A DNA stretch of 64,000 bases from an uncultured delta proteobacterium (GCA_963745025.1 CAVUWD010000006.1:480001-544000), one strand, 5' to 3'; shown: positions 30,709 through 42,091, counted from the first letter of the stretch. Made by a program: numbers and translations. Notes: generated by a model from the sequence alone, not told the origin.

Positions 30709-31407
30709 ATGACCAACATCGAGTGCCTGACCGCACGCGTCGAGAAGCTCGAGCGTCGGAGCCGCATCTGGGCCGGACTCTGCGTCCTATCACTCGCCGC
30801 CGCACCGCTCCTTGCCGCGGCGAGCTCCGAGAGGCGCGTCGAGGCCGGGGGATTCGTGCTCCGCGACTTCCGCGGGCAGCGCCGTGCCGCGCTCGTCACG
30901 ACCGCGGACGGCGCGACCGCGCTCTCGCTCCGGGACGTGAAAGGCGTGGAGAGGATCTCTCTCGCGGTGGCACCGGACGGGAGACCGAGTCTCACCGTGA
31001 GCGACGCCTCCTCCCATCCGAGAGTGCGGATCGCGCTCGCCCGCGAGTCGAGCCTCAACTTCTACGACCGCCGCGGAAAGCTCCGCGCCGTGCTTGGCGT
31101 GAGCGAGTACGGGCCGCACTGGGCGCCGCCGAGGGCCGTCGAGGCCGCGCCCGAGTCAGAGGCCACGCCCGAGTCCGCGGCCGCGAGAGCCTTCTTCCAG
31201 GAGGGCTTCTCGCCCAAGCCTGTCGAGGCGAAGCCGGATGTGCTGGAAGAGGCCGCGCAGATGGGGCCGGTCCTCAAGCTCTTCGACGTCTTCGGGACGC
31301 CGAGCCTCGAGGCGAGGGTCGACGTGGATCGTCCTGTCCTCATGCTGCAGACCCGCACCGGAGCCTTTCAGGCGCTTACCGCCGAGCGACCGCCCGTCGG
31401 CCAATAG
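30709..31407 (+). CDS. membrane-anchored hypothetical protein with beta repeats
   Basis: RVEKLERR, TM helix, repeated L.D..G..R..L motifs. Confidence 0.7.
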   Translation: MTNIECLTARVEKLERRSRIWAGLCVLSLAAAPLLAAASSERRVEAGGFVLRDFRGQRRAALVTTADGATALSLRDVKGVERISLAVAPDGRPSLTVSDASSHPRVRIALARESSLNFYDRRGKLRAVLGVSEYGPHWAPPRAVEAAPESEATPESAAARAFFQEGFSPKPVEAKPDVLEEAAQMGPVLKLFDVFGTPSLEARVDVDRPVLMLQTRTGAFQALTAERPPVGQ

Positions 31408-31514
31408 GCCGCGGCCCCGAGAAGAACTGGGGCTCATCGCGACACGTTCACCGAAGCGAGCGCTCTTCCGATGAACGAAGTAACGAACACAGGACTAGAA
31501 GCGAGGGAGAGATC

Positions 31515-32213
31515 ATGGCGGACGAAGCGATCCGCAATCGCGACGCGGTCGATCACGTGCTCAAGACAACGCGCAGCGTTCGACGTCGGCTCGATCTCGA
31601 GCGGCCGGTGCCGGAGCACCTGATCGAGGAGGCAATCGACGTGGCGCTTCAGGCGCCGACCGGAGCGAATTCCCAGGATTGGCGCTTTGTCGTCGTCACC
31701 GATGCGAGCCTTCGCGCGAAGCTCGCTGAAATCTACCGTAAAGGAGCGGAGCTCTACCTCGCGGGAAAGACGGGTCTCTCGCGAACCGGCATGAGCGTCG
31801 CCCGCGAGTACGGGGCCGATGACCCCCGCGCACGGCGGATGCCGCGGATCGTCCGGTCGGCGGTTCACCTGATCGAGAACCTCCATCGCGTTCCCGCCCA
31901 CGTCATTCCCTGCATCGCCGGGCGGTTCGAGACGGAAGACGTCTTCACCCAATCTTCCATGTGGGGCTCGATCCTGCCGGCGACATGGTCGCTGATGCTC
32001 GCGCTCAGGGCGCGCGGGCTCGCTTCCGCCTGGACGACGTTCACCCTGCTTCACGAGCAGGAGACCGCGCGGCTGCTCGGCATTCCCGACTCCTATACGC
32101 AGGCAGCGCTCCTTCCCGTCGCCTGGCTGAAGGACGGGGAACTTCATCCGGGGCCGCGTTTCCCGGCGCGCGAGGTCGCCTTCTGGAACAAATGGGGCTC
32201 GCAACGCTCGTAA
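31515..32213 (+). CDS. nitroreductase family protein
   Basis: TTRSVRRRLD, QAPTGANSQDWRFVVV, LALRARGLASAWTT. Confidence 0.92.
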   Translation: MADEAIRNRDAVDHVLKTTRSVRRRLDLERPVPEHLIEEAIDVALQAPTGANSQDWRFVVVTDASLRAKLAEIYRKGAELYLAGKTGLSRTGMSVAREYGADDPRARRMPRIVRSAVHLIENLHRVPAHVIPCIAGRFETEDVFTQSSMWGSILPATWSLMLALRARGLASAWTTFTLLHEQETARLLGIPDSYTQAALLPVAWLKDGELHPGPRFPAREVAFWNKWGSQRS

Positions 32214-32225
32214 AAGGAGGTCGAA

Positions 32226-33353
32226 ATGAAGGCGGTGATATTCGAAGGCAGGAATCGAATCGCGGTCCGGGAGCTTCCCGAGCCGCAGGCACGCCGCGGG
32301 GAGCTGGTCCTGCGCGTCGCGTCGAGTGGCATCTGCGAGACGGACGTCTGGGTGTATCGCTCCGGCGCCTTCGCGAGGCCCGGCATGGTTCTGGGCCACA
32401 TGGCTGGCGGGGAGATAGTCGACGTCGGGGCCGATGTGGACGGCTGGCGAAGCGGTGAGCGCGCGGCAATCGATCCGCGAGTGTATTGCGGAGAATGCCT
32501 CGCCTGCCGCGGCGGCCATGCCACAATGTGCGAGCGGCGCGTCGCGGAAGGAGCGGGAACCTGGATCGGCGTCGACGCCCTCCGGGATCCGGGGAAGGGC
32601 GAGCTCTATCACGGCGCGATGGCGGAGTACTGTGTCGTGCCCGCTTACTGCTGTTACCGCGTCCCGAATTCGATCCGGGACGAACAGCTCGCGGCGATCG
32701 AAGGCGTGGCTTTCTCGGTCCGATGCATCCGGGGCTCGGGTCTTCGCCTGGGCGACGACGTCGTCATGTTCGGCGCGGCGGACTACTGCATCGAGTGGAT
32801 CCAGTGGGCGAAAAAGCTCGGCGCTCGACGCCTCGCGGTGGTCGAACCGGTGGCAGTCCGCAGGCAAATGGCCGAGCGGTTCGGCGCGGACCTCGTCGTC
32901 GATCCGTCTAGCAGTGACACCGTAGCCGAGCTTCGCAAGCTCATGCCGTTCGGTGCGGATCTAGTCGCGCTCTATCCGACCTATCCGCAGGCCATCTCGC
33001 ATGCCTTCGAGATCGCCAAGTCGCGCTCCACGCTCCAGGTCCTGATCTGCTACGAGGAAAGCAACACGCATCAGGCGGTGCCCTTGATGCCGGTCGTTAA
33101 GGAGCTGACGATTCGTTATCCCGGGCTCTTCGAAGCGGAGCCGTGGCGGGGCGGACGAGCGCGCGGGGACTATGCGCTGGCGATCGAGCTCGTGGCGGAG
33201 GGCCGAATCGACGTCGAGTCGTACGTGACCCGGATCATCGACTGGGAGGAAGTCGACCGGGTCGTGGAGCTTGGCTTCGATCGGCTGCCGGAGCGCGAAG
33301 TAAAGGTCCGACTGCGGATGAGGCACCGAGCGGGTACGCGGACCACACCATAG
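32226..33353 (+). CDS. zinc-binding (MDR) alcohol dehydrogenase-like protein
   Basis: GICETD, VLGHM, CGECLACRGGHATMC. The GHE and GxGxxG motifs are degenerate. Confidence 0.85.
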   Translation: MKAVIFEGRNRIAVRELPEPQARRGELVLRVASSGICETDVWVYRSGAFARPGMVLGHMAGGEIVDVGADVDGWRSGERAAIDPRVYCGECLACRGGHATMCERRVAEGAGTWIGVDALRDPGKGELYHGAMAEYCVVPAYCCYRVPNSIRDEQLAAIEGVAFSVRCIRGSGLRLGDDVVMFGAADYCIEWIQWAKKLGARRLAVVEPVAVRRQMAERFGADLVVDPSSSDTVAELRKLMPFGADLVALYPTYPQAISHAFEIAKSRSTLQVLICYEESNTHQAVPLMPVVKELTIRYPGLFEAEPWRGGRARGDYALAIELVAEGRIDVESYVTRIIDWEEVDRVVELGFDRLPEREVKVRLRMRHRAGTRTTP

Positions 33354-33419
33354 TCTTGCCCTCGCAGCGAATGGGTGCCTACACATCATGAAGTGGAAAC
33401 GATCATCCCAAAGCGTGGG

Positions 33420-33503
33420 GAGGATAGCTGGGATAAGCCGCCGAGTTGACGTAGAGCCTCAATATCCGACGCTGCCCAAACATGAGACGCCCCGTTTCTA
33501 CGG
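33420..33503 (-). mobile_element. oriIS-like element, copy B
   Basis: GAGGATAGCTGGGATAAGC...CTCAATATCCGACGCTGCCCAAACA.GAGACGCCCCGTTTCTACGG. Confidence 0.7.
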
Positions 33504-33561
33504 GCCGGACTCGTGAGGAAGGTCGCGCGCCTGCTTCCGCTCGCTGTGCTCAAGGGATGAA

Positions 33562-34878
33562 ATGCGCCCGGAAATCGCGTGTGTCGTCGTGTGCTGTGGT
33601 CTGCTCGCCGGTTGTCGTGCCGATCGCGACGCGACTTCCGCGGCGGAGCCTGCTTCGAGTCAGGCCGGTGCTACAACAGCGACGACGGGCAGCATGACCG
33701 CGCAACAGCGACGCCAGCGCGCGATCGAGCTGATGGCCGACTTCGCGCAGCGCACCGGGCTCGGCTCCGGGCGCGCGCAAGAGCGCTACCTGTGGACGGA
33801 CGCGTTTGCCGTGTGCAACTTCCTCGGCTTGGCTGCGGACACCGGCGAGGCGCGCTACACGGAGTGGGCGCTGCAACTCGTCGACGGCGTGCACCATGCG
33901 CTTGGACGTCACCGTGGCGATGACGGACGCTCCGGCTGGCTCAGCGGACTCGGCCCCGAAGCGGGCGAGCAGCACCCCACGGTGGCCGGACTGCGCATCG
34001 GCAAACCGCTGCCGGAGCGCACGTCGGGCGAGCGCTTCGACGAGCGCCTCGAATGGGAGCGGGACGGCCAGTACTTCCATTACCTGACCCAGTGGATGCA
34101 CGCGCTCGATCAAACGGCCCGAGCGACCGGTAAGCCCGTGTTCAACGCGTGGGCGCGCGAGTTGGCGGACGCTGCGTTTCGCGGCTTCAGTGCCGTGCCC
34201 CCCGGCGAGACGCGCCGTCGTTTGCGCTGGAAGATGAGCATCGACCTGTCGCGGCCGCTCGTGCCCTCGATGGGGCAGCACGATCCACTGGACGGCTACC
34301 TCGTGTACACCCAGCTCGAGGCCACCGCCGCGCAATCGAAAGCGCCCGTGGCCGGCCCGCGTGTGGGCGACCAGGTCGCGCAACTCGCGAAGATGTTCGA
34401 GGGGCACGAACTGACCACGACGGATCCGCTGGGCATCGGCGGCTTGCTCGTCGACGCGTTTCGCTTGCACCAGCTAGAGCAACAAGGAGCAATCTCGGAC
34501 GCGGGCTTGCTCGAGGACTTGCTCGCCGCTGCGGGCACCGGTCTGTCGGCATACGCCCGAAGTGGCGAACTGCGATTACCCGCGGCGCAGCGGCTCGCGT
34601 TCCGGGAACTGGGCCTGGCCATCGGTTTGGAAGGCGTCACGCGCATGCTTGCGGAGGCGCAAGGCAACTCGGGGCGTCTTGCGGCCGGATCGCCGGCGCG
34701 CGCACGGCTCGACGCACTCGACCGTTATCGGCCGCTCGCGGACGAGATCCGGTCCTTCTGGCTCGATCCCGCGCACCGGCGCGCGTCCAGCTGGACCGAG
34801 CACCGCAACATCAACGACGTCATGCTGGCGACGAGCCTCGCCCCCGCGGGCTTCCTCGTGCTGTCCCGCGCGAACTGA
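33562..34878 (+). CDS. conserved hypothetical lipoprotein (alpha-helical)
   Basis: LLAGC lipobox. RYLWTDAFAVCN, ERDGQYFHYLT.WMHAL, INDVMLATSLAP motifs. Confidence 0.8.
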   Translation: MRPEIACVVVCCGLLAGCRADRDATSAAEPASSQAGATTATTGSMTAQQRRQRAIELMADFAQRTGLGSGRAQERYLWTDAFAVCNFLGLAADTGEARYTEWALQLVDGVHHALGRHRGDDGRSGWLSGLGPEAGEQHPTVAGLRIGKPLPERTSGERFDERLEWERDGQYFHYLTQWMHALDQTARATGKPVFNAWARELADAAFRGFSAVPPGETRRRLRWKMSIDLSRPLVPSMGQHDPLDGYLVYTQLEATAAQSKAPVAGPRVGDQVAQLAKMFEGHELTTTDPLGIGGLLVDAFRLHQLEQQGAISDAGLLEDLLAAAGTGLSAYARSGELRLPAAQRLAFRELGLAIGLEGVTRMLAEAQGNSGRLAAGSPARARLDALDRYRPLADEIRSFWLDPAHRRASSWTEHRNINDVMLATSLAPAGFLVLSRAN

Positions 34879-34914
34879 GGGGGGGGTCCCCCCCTGCGCG
34901 ATCGGGGTGCCTCC

Positions 34915-34988
34915 GTCGCTTGCGGGCCACGACCGATGCCGCTGGCGGCCCCGGTCACCACCGCCACCTTCTTGGTGAAGTCCTTCAT
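34915..34988 (-). pseudogene. SDR oxidoreductase N-terminal stub
   Basis: SD AAGGAG, then MKDFTKKVAVVTGAASGIGRG. Similarity stops there. Confidence 0.75.
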
Positions 34989-35189
34989 GCGCATCTCCTT
35001 CGTGTCACCGGTCCCGGGTTGTGATCGGGGCGCGGGCTGCGCGGGTGCGCGCAGCCCTTCGATCCGGACGGGACTCTACGCTGGCCTGTTTTGGAAGGAA
35101 AGTGCGTTGTGCCGGCGCGCCGGCGGCGCAGGGCACGCCACCGGGCCCCGCGTGCGCAATGGGGACCGGCCGCTCAGGGCAGCAGCAGG

Positions 35190-35754
35190 GCAGTTCTGCG
35201 GCACACCGGCGCAGCTCCTCGGTCAGGCGCAGCGCCGCGTAGCAGGCGCGGCGGGCATGGTCTTCGTGCGCGATCGGCGCCCCGAAGAGCGCCATGATGC
35301 CGTCGCCCGTGTACTGATTTACGGTCCCCTCGAAGCGGTGAACGCCGTCGGTCAGGATCGTGAAAAACCGCTCCATGATCCGGTGCCAGTCCTCGGGATC
35401 GATCGACTCCGAGAGTTCCATCGAACCCTTCACGTCGGCGAACAGCACCGTCACCTGCTTGCGCTCGCCTTCCAGGGCCGACTTCGATTGCAGGATCTTC
35501 TCGGCGAGATGCTTGGGCGTATAGGCGCGCGGCTCGCGTGCAGGCGGCGGAGTGCCGACCGCAGGAGTTGCCGTGGACCATGCGAGCGTGTTCTCCTCTC
35601 GCCGGGCGACGCGCTGAACGTCGACCAGCTCCTCGATCACCTCCTCGAGCGCACCGTCGTCCAGCTCGAACTGCCGCCGCAGCATCCGCAAGGACAAGCG
35701 GCCGTTCTCTTCGAGGTGCCGCCGCACCTCGCGGACCACGTCGAGGAGATTCAT
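35190..35754 (-). pseudogene. adenylate/guanylate cyclase, C-terminally truncated
   Basis: MNLLDVVREV winged-helix-like N-terminus and half a cyclase domain, which breaks after RACYAALRL. Confidence 0.85.
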
Positions 35755-38700
35755 CGCGCCGACTCCGCGAGCAGCGGCGCGATGCGCTCGGCGTGCCCCG
35801 TTGCACCCATCTCCACGAAGAGGCGATGCGCCTCGCGCAGCTCGCACTCACGGGTAGCCTCATCGCCACGCAGGTGCCCGAGCTCCGCCGAGATCTCGTG
35901 GATGGTCGGCTCTCTGCAGCGCGCCTCCGTCTCGTCGATCAGCGCGGACGCTTTTGCGAGGGTGCGCTCCACCTCGGCTGCGCCGCTCGCACCCTCGGAG
36001 CCGAGCAGGGCTCGCGCGCGCGTCAGCAGCGCGTCCATCTCGAAGAGGCGACCACCGCTCTGCCGCGCCTCGGCCAGCGCCTGATCTGCCAGCTCCAGTG
36101 CACCGCGACTATCGCCCTGACCGAGCCTTGCCTCCGCTAGGAAGCGGAGCGCCCAGGCCGTGATTCCGAAGCCGATGCCGCGCTCTCGAGCAAGAGCCAG
36201 GGCCTGCCGTTCGACTTCCTCGGCCGCGCTCCACTCTGCGTTGGCGAGGAGGGCGATGCCCGAGGACCACTTGAGCGAGGATCTGGGCAACGGGGCCTCC
36301 TCCACCTCCTTCGGCGCGCTCGAGCGCACGGCGTGCGTGCGTCAAAGCCCCGGGCACGTCACCGGCGCGGTATGCGCGCACGACGTTCCACGTCTGCGAC
36401 CAGACAAAAGCGCCGGGCTGTTCCCTCGGGGAGTCGCTCGCTCGGTCCAGATCGGATGCGGCTTCTTCGAGGCGACCCATCTCGACCAGTGTTAGCTCCC
36501 CGCCATAAAAGCCCAACTAGATAGGCGCTGCTCCCGTACAGCTCCTGGCCGAGGCTCAAATCTTCCGCGCCCAGTGCAACGCCCTTCTCTGCGAGCCGTA
36601 GAGCCTCGCGCAGGCGTCCCGTCCAGCAGAACGCATGAGCAGCATCGGATGCGAGAACTGCAAGAGTCACGGGATCATTCGCCCGCTCGGCCAGACGCAG
36701 CGCTTTGGAGGCATGCTCGTGGTACGCGCGCAGATCGCCAGCCGTGCCCTTCGCGTTCCCGTACAGGTTGAGCAGGATCGCGAGCGATCGCAGATCGCCG
36801 GCTCGTTCGGCGAGCTCCTTGCCCTCGGCGAAGATAGCGTCGACGTCCGCGCCCCCGCTTCTCCAGTAGATACTGAGGATCCCACGGCAGGCCTCGAGCC
36901 GCAGCGACATCGTCTCGGCCGACTCCACCGCGCCCGCGAGCAGATCTCGCACCTTCTGCCACCGTAGGAGCGATTCCGAGGGATCGGTATCTTCCGTCCA
37001 GCGAGCGGAACGATGGTGCCAGCGCGCCGCTTCGAGCGCATCGCCGGCTTCCTCCCAGTGATGCGCCAAGAGCGCCGCGCGCTCGTCGAACTGCTCGGGG
37101 TAGAGCTCTGCGATCGCCCGTGCCACCGCCGCGTGCGTGCGCAACCGACGCTCTCCGAGCTGCGAGCGATAGGCCACTTCCTGCGTCAGCGGATGCTTGA
37201 AGGCATACTCCGCTTGCGGATAGAGCGCCTGCTCGTAGATGAACTCCGCGCTCGTGAGCTTCTGGAGCGCGGCAGCGAGGTCGATCTCGGGTAGCTCCAC
37301 GACGCGTCGCAGAACCGGCTCCGTGAACTCCCTTCCGATCACTGCGGCAGTCTGCAACACCAGTTTCTCACGTTCGCCGAGTCTATCGATGCGCGCGGCG
37401 AGCACGGCCTGGACCGTCGCCGGCAGAGCGAGCTCGGCGGCGGATCGGATCGCCCGGTACGCCCCCCTCGTGCCTACGAGACTCCCCGTCTCCGCTAGCG
37501 CCTGGACGGTCTCCTCGATGAAGAACGGATTCCCGCCGGTCCGCTCCCGGATGCGGGCGGGGAGCGTTGCCAGCGATGGGTCGGCGCCCAGGAGGTCGTG
37601 CAGCAGTTCATCGATCGCCGCGGGTTCGAGCGGCAATAGCGGCAGCTGCTGGTAGTACGACTTCTGCATCCAGTCCGCGTGGTACTCGGGGCGGAAGTTC
37701 ACTACGAGAACAGTGCGTGTCGCTCGCGCCGCATCGACCAGCACCTCCAGGACGCCTTCACTGCCGCTGTCGAACCAGTGGAGGTCCTCGAGGAGGACGA
37801 CCGCCGGCTCTCGCTGGCTCCGCGCCTGCATCACGCGCTTCACGGTCGCGTAGAGTTGGCGCTGCCGTGCCTCGGGCTCCATCGGCAGCAGCGGACGCTC
37901 GGGATCGGGAACGCTCAGGAAATCGAAGAGGAGCGGCAGGGCGTCCCGTAGCGACTCGTCGAGGAGCAGCATCCGGCCGGCAATCTTGTCCCGAGCTGCC
38001 TGCTCACTGTCCTGGTCGGTGATGCGGAAGAAGGCGCGGAAGAGCTCGAACACGGGAAGAAACGGAATGAGCTTTCCGTGCGAGACCCCATGCGCCTCGT
38101 AGACCGTGAGGCCTCGGGCGCGGCAGCGCTCGGTGAACTCGAAAGAGAGTCGGCTCTTCCCGAGCCCAGGGTCGGCGACCACTCCCACGACCTGTCCACT
38201 GCCTGCGACCGCCCGTCCGAGCGCCGCCTCGAGCGCCGCAATCTCATCCGCTCGGCCGACGAAGCGCGAGAAGCCGCGGGCCCGGGACCGTTCGAGCGGC
38301 GTTCGAAGAGCCCCCACTCCTTGGAGCTCGAAGACGTGCACCGGCTCGTGCACGCCCTTCACAGTGAATCCTCCGAGATCGTCGAGGCGGAAGTACCCGG
38401 AGACGAGCGACGCCGTAGCCTCGGTGAGATATACCTTGCCCGGCTCAGCAAGGTCCTCCATCCGCGCCGCGAGGCCGACCGTGTGCCCCTGCGCCGTGTA
38501 GTCCATGCGCAGGTTGTCGCCGATCTTCCCGACGACCACCTCGCCGGAGTTGAGACCCATGCGCACGGTGAAGTTCAGGCCGTGATCACGCCGGAGCTCT
38601 TGGGCGTAGCGCCGGAGCTCTTCGGTCAGATGCAGTGCCGTGTAACAGGCCCGGCGTGCGTGGTCCTCGTGCGCGATCGGCGCCCCGAAGAGGGCCATGA

Positions 38701-39115
38701 TGCCGTCGCCGGTAAACTGATTGATCGTGCCCTCGAAGCGGTGCACGCCGTCGGCGAGGATCGCGAAGAAGCGGTCCATGATCTGGTGCCAGTCTTCGGG
38801 GTCGACCTGCTCGGCGAGATCCATCGAGCCCTTCACGTCAGCGAAAAGCACCGTTACCTGCTTTCGCTCGCCTTCGAGGGCGGCGCGCGAGGTGAGAATC
38901 TTCTCGGCGAGGTGCTTCGGGGTGTAGGCGCGGGGATCGGGTGCCGGCGGGCGAGGTTCGGCGGCGGCGAGCGGCCGGCCGCAATCGCCGCAGAACCGAA
39001 AGCCCGGGGGGTTTTCGGCCCCGCAGCTCGAGCACTTGAGCTTCAGTGCTGCACCACACTCGCCGCAGAACTTTATGCCACTCGGGTTTTCGAAGCTGCA
39101 GGCCGTACACAGCAT
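35751..39115 (-). pseudogene. zinc ribbon-cyclase-AAA-TPR protein with two frameshifts near the 3' end
   Basis: Paralog of 10256-13654. ORFs 39115-36359, 36516-36109 and 36329-35751 join into one protein. Confidence 0.85.
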
Positions 39116-39395
39116 GGCTGGGCCCTCGGGGGGACCGTCTGCACCCTAGACCTGCCTACTACGAGGATTCAAACGCCAGGTGCGCACATCCGAGTTTTCC
39201 GCATCTCGCCGCTCGTCGGCTATTCGGACTTCGGTCTACGCCCTTCCAGTTCCGGCGAGAGACATCTTTAAACCGTTTGGCGAAGCTCGCCGGCGCCATC
39301 TTTTACGCAACTCGTGTCGATTCGTGACCCAACGTTGTTCGGAGGCTGCAATCAGCTTGCGACCGGACGCTGGAAGAAACCGTCGAGGATGCCAT

Positions 39396-39488
39396 GAGGA
39401 TAGCTGGGATAAGCGGCCGACTGACGTAAAGCCTCAATATCCGACGCTGCCCAAACACGAGACGCCCCGTTTCTACGGAGCGCATAAG
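39396..39488 (-). mobile_element. oriIS-like element, copy C (93 bp identical to copy D)
   Basis: Exact match to 42586-42678. Confidence 0.75.
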
Positions 39489-39596
39489 CCTCTTGTGCAG
39501 ATCGTCACACCGCCGTAGGGTGCGGCCTACAGGAAGTCCGTGCTGGGCCGCTTCCTGGTTTCGACTGCGGCGCCCAGCCGACAACCGGAGGGCGGC

Positions 39597-40529
39597 ATGC
39601 GGTTCAGGACGCTGTTCTCAGTGGGCTTTCTCGCGATGGCCCTGTTGGTAGCGGCGACGGGCGCCGCCGCGAAGCTCGGCGACTGGTCCGCCCCCGTCAA
39701 CCTCGGTCCGGTCGTGAACTCTCCGTTCCTCGATCAAGGTCCCGCTATCTCGCCTGACGGACTCGCGCTGTACTTCAACTCAAACAGGCCCGGCGGCCTC
39801 GGCGGCGACGACATATGGGTCGCGCGCCGCGAGAAGGAGAGCGATCCCTGGGGGACGCCCTTCAATTTGGGTGCCCCGGTCAATACTCCGTTCGACGAGC
39901 GCGTGCCCGCGTTCTCGCGTGACGCTCGCACGTTGTTCCTCGCGAGCAGCCATCCGGACGGATTCGGGGTGCGCGATGTCTGGATGTCGCAGCGCCAAGA
40001 TCCGGACGACGATTTCGGCTGGGGCCCGCTTGTGAACCTCGGCTCCAACGTGAACACCGCAGCGGACGAGGCGGGCTCGGCGCTGTTCGAGCACGGAGAC
40101 GACGCCGTTCTCATCTTCAACAGCGCGCGCCCGGGTCCACCGGGTACCGGCCTCTTCGATCTCTACGTCAGCGTGCGCGACGACGACGGCTCGTTCGGAC
40201 CGGCGACGCTCATCGCCGAGCTGAGCACGCCGCTGGTCGAGGCGAGGCCGACGATCAGCCGCGACGGCCGCGAGATCTTCTTCACCAGGGGCCCGACTAC
40301 CGCGGGGCCGTTCGACCTCTGGACGGCCACCCGCGAGAACCGCCGGGATCCGTGGTCCGAGGCGACGGATCTAGGACCGGTCGTGAACTCGGTGGCGAAC
40401 GATGTCCGGCCGTGGCTGTCGCGCGACGCAAGGACGCTCTTCTTCGACTCGGCCCGAGCGGGTGGATCTGGCGCGGCGGATCTTTGGTTAACCACCCGCG
40501 AGAGTGGCGACGAGGACGAAGACGACTAG
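39597..40529 (+). CDS. secreted PD40/WD40-like beta-propeller protein
   Basis: Signal peptide and repeated W..PVNLG..VN...D..P.IS.DG..L.F.S.R.GG.G..D.W. Confidence 0.9.
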   Translation: MRFRTLFSVGFLAMALLVAATGAAAKLGDWSAPVNLGPVVNSPFLDQGPAISPDGLALYFNSNRPGGLGGDDIWVARREKESDPWGTPFNLGAPVNTPFDERVPAFSRDARTLFLASSHPDGFGVRDVWMSQRQDPDDDFGWGPLVNLGSNVNTAADEAGSALFEHGDDAVLIFNSARPGPPGTGLFDLYVSVRDDDGSFGPATLIAELSTPLVEARPTISRDGREIFFTRGPTTAGPFDLWTATRENRRDPWSEATDLGPVVNSVANDVRPWLSRDARTLFFDSARAGGSGAADLWLTTRESGDEDEDD

Positions 40530-40832
40530 CTGAGTCAGCAGGGCCGTCGAGCAGCACAAAATTGGTCAGGCGTCATTGGCGGACGCTGGCGCACTCCTGG
40601 GCTGTTTCGCCCGGGCTCTAAGCGAAGCCTCAGTAGGCAGGCGCCGGCACCACATCATCAAACTCATATGATTCCACCCTGCAATAGCGAGCATGACGGC
40701 TCCGCGTTCAGCGAGCTGATGGGCACCGTGCGTATGACGATGACTAGGTCGTTCGGCTCTTGCTCCGGTATGCGGATTCACCACGACGGCTCCCCTGTGC
40801 ATCCTTGCTTGGGCGTTCCGACGTAACCGTCG

Positions 40833-41180
40833 TCAAGGGTCCATCTTGTCCGGCAAACCGCTAACGGCGGACAGCGCCGACTCTCTGAGACCGTCATCCG
40901 TGAGCTGGCCGATCGACAAGACAAGGCAGCCCATGTTCCGGGTTACGAACTCGTGCGCGCTCGTCGCCGACGTGTCGAACGGCGATGTATCAAGGCACAT
41001 GCGGTCGACACGCTCAAGTTGTGAGGCCGCCACGGCGATTCGACTCTCGACCACAAGCGGACGGTACGTTGGGAAGAACTGCTCAACGACCGCGGCAAGA
41101 TGAGACTCACTGGACCAGTCGTCGGCAAGTGCAATGAGCTCACTCGGTTCAGCGTGGAATTGGAATTGCAAACTCGCCAT
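40833..41180 (-). CDS. hypothetical protein (possibly truncated)
   Basis: ATG start, protein-like sequence, no recognised motif. Confidence 0.45.
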   Translation of the reverse strand: MASLQFQFHAEPSELIALADDWSSESHLAAVVEQFFPTYRPLVVESRIAVAASQLERVDRMCLDTSPFDTSATSAHEFVTRNMGCLVLSIGQLTDDGLRESALSAVSGLPDKMDP

Positions 41181-41300
41181 GCCGAGGCCCTCAGGCTACG
41201 CGGTCGGGCCAACGGTACAACGCTCCGTCAGCGTGCATTCGTGAACTCAATGTCACGCTTGCGGGGTGGCGGCGTTGGAGGGCGGTCGCAGGCTCCGGTG

Positions 41301-41801
41301 TCAGCGCTCCCAGCCCAGGCCGCGGTCGAGCTCGATCGCGCGCTGCATGGTCTCGATCACGACGCGGTCCTGCTCGCGCCCGTGCGCTTCGAGCATGCGG
41401 ACGAGGTCGCCGGGATCGGCGACGGCGGGGCGCAGGCCCTCGCCGATCGGTTCGCGGGTGGCGCGGTGGCGGAGATCGTCGTAGCCGCGCGTGCCCGCCG
41501 GCTCGAGCACGATCTTGATCTCGCCGGCGGCGCTCTCGAACTCGATGACCGGGTCGCGGTCTGTGTCGAGCCGGGTAAGTTCGGGTGTGGTTCCGTCGGC
41601 GCGGCGTGCGTTCAGGCTCTCAAGCGCCGCTTGGAGACGTTCGAGGTTCTTCGCTCGTGGCGATGGGGTGAGGTCGATGCCGTGGGTGAGCTCGTCGGAG
41701 CCCTGCAGCACGCGTGCGAGGCCGCCGACGATCACGTAGCTGACTCCCTCTTGCTCGAGCGCGTGCAGGATCGCGTAGGGGTGGAACCGTGCTGGGCTCA
41801 T
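41301..41801 (-). CDS. nucleotidyltransferase-fold protein (putative TA/Abi partner)
   Basis: YVIVGGLA...G....THGIDL. ATGA-coupled to the HTH gene. Confidence 0.7.
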   Translation of the reverse strand: MSPARFHPYAILHALEQEGVSYVIVGGLARVLQGSDELTHGIDLTPSPRAKNLERLQAALESLNARRADGTTPELTRLDTDRDPVIEFESAAGEIKIVLEPAGTRGYDDLRHRATREPIGEGLRPAVADPGDLVRMLEAHGREQDRVVIETMQRAIELDRGLGWER

Positions 41802-42091
41802 TCGTTTTCGATCCGGACGAGCAGGTCGCGGAGCCGTTCCTGGGGTGTGCGCTGCTGCGCCTCGAGCACGCGGGCGTCCCGCTCCGGGTCGCGCTCGAAC
41901 GGGACCAAGGTCAAGGAGAGGTCGTAGCCGCAGGCCTGCAGCACGCGACGGAGGGTGGAAAGGCCCGGCTCAACTTTGTCGACCTCCCAGCGGGCGATCG
42001 AGCTGCGCGGCATCCCGAGCCGCTCGGCGAGCTGCTCCTGGGAGAGCTCGGCGCGGAGGCGTGCTGCTCGGATCAGTTCGCCGCTCGTCAT
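41798..42091 (-). CDS. XRE-family HTH protein
   Basis: LIRAARLRAELSQEQLAERLGMPRSSIARWE. Confidence 0.88.
   Translation of the reverse strand: MTSGELIRAARLRAELSQEQLAERLGMPRSSIARWEVDKVEPGLSTLRRVLQACGYDLSLTLVPFERDPERDARVLEAQQRTPQERLRDLLVRIENE

Noticed and set aside
29540-32213. Long N-terminal extensions of ORFs 29540-30478 and 30600-32213
   Set aside because: They overlap real genes in other frames. SD-preceded starts lie at 30014 and 31515.
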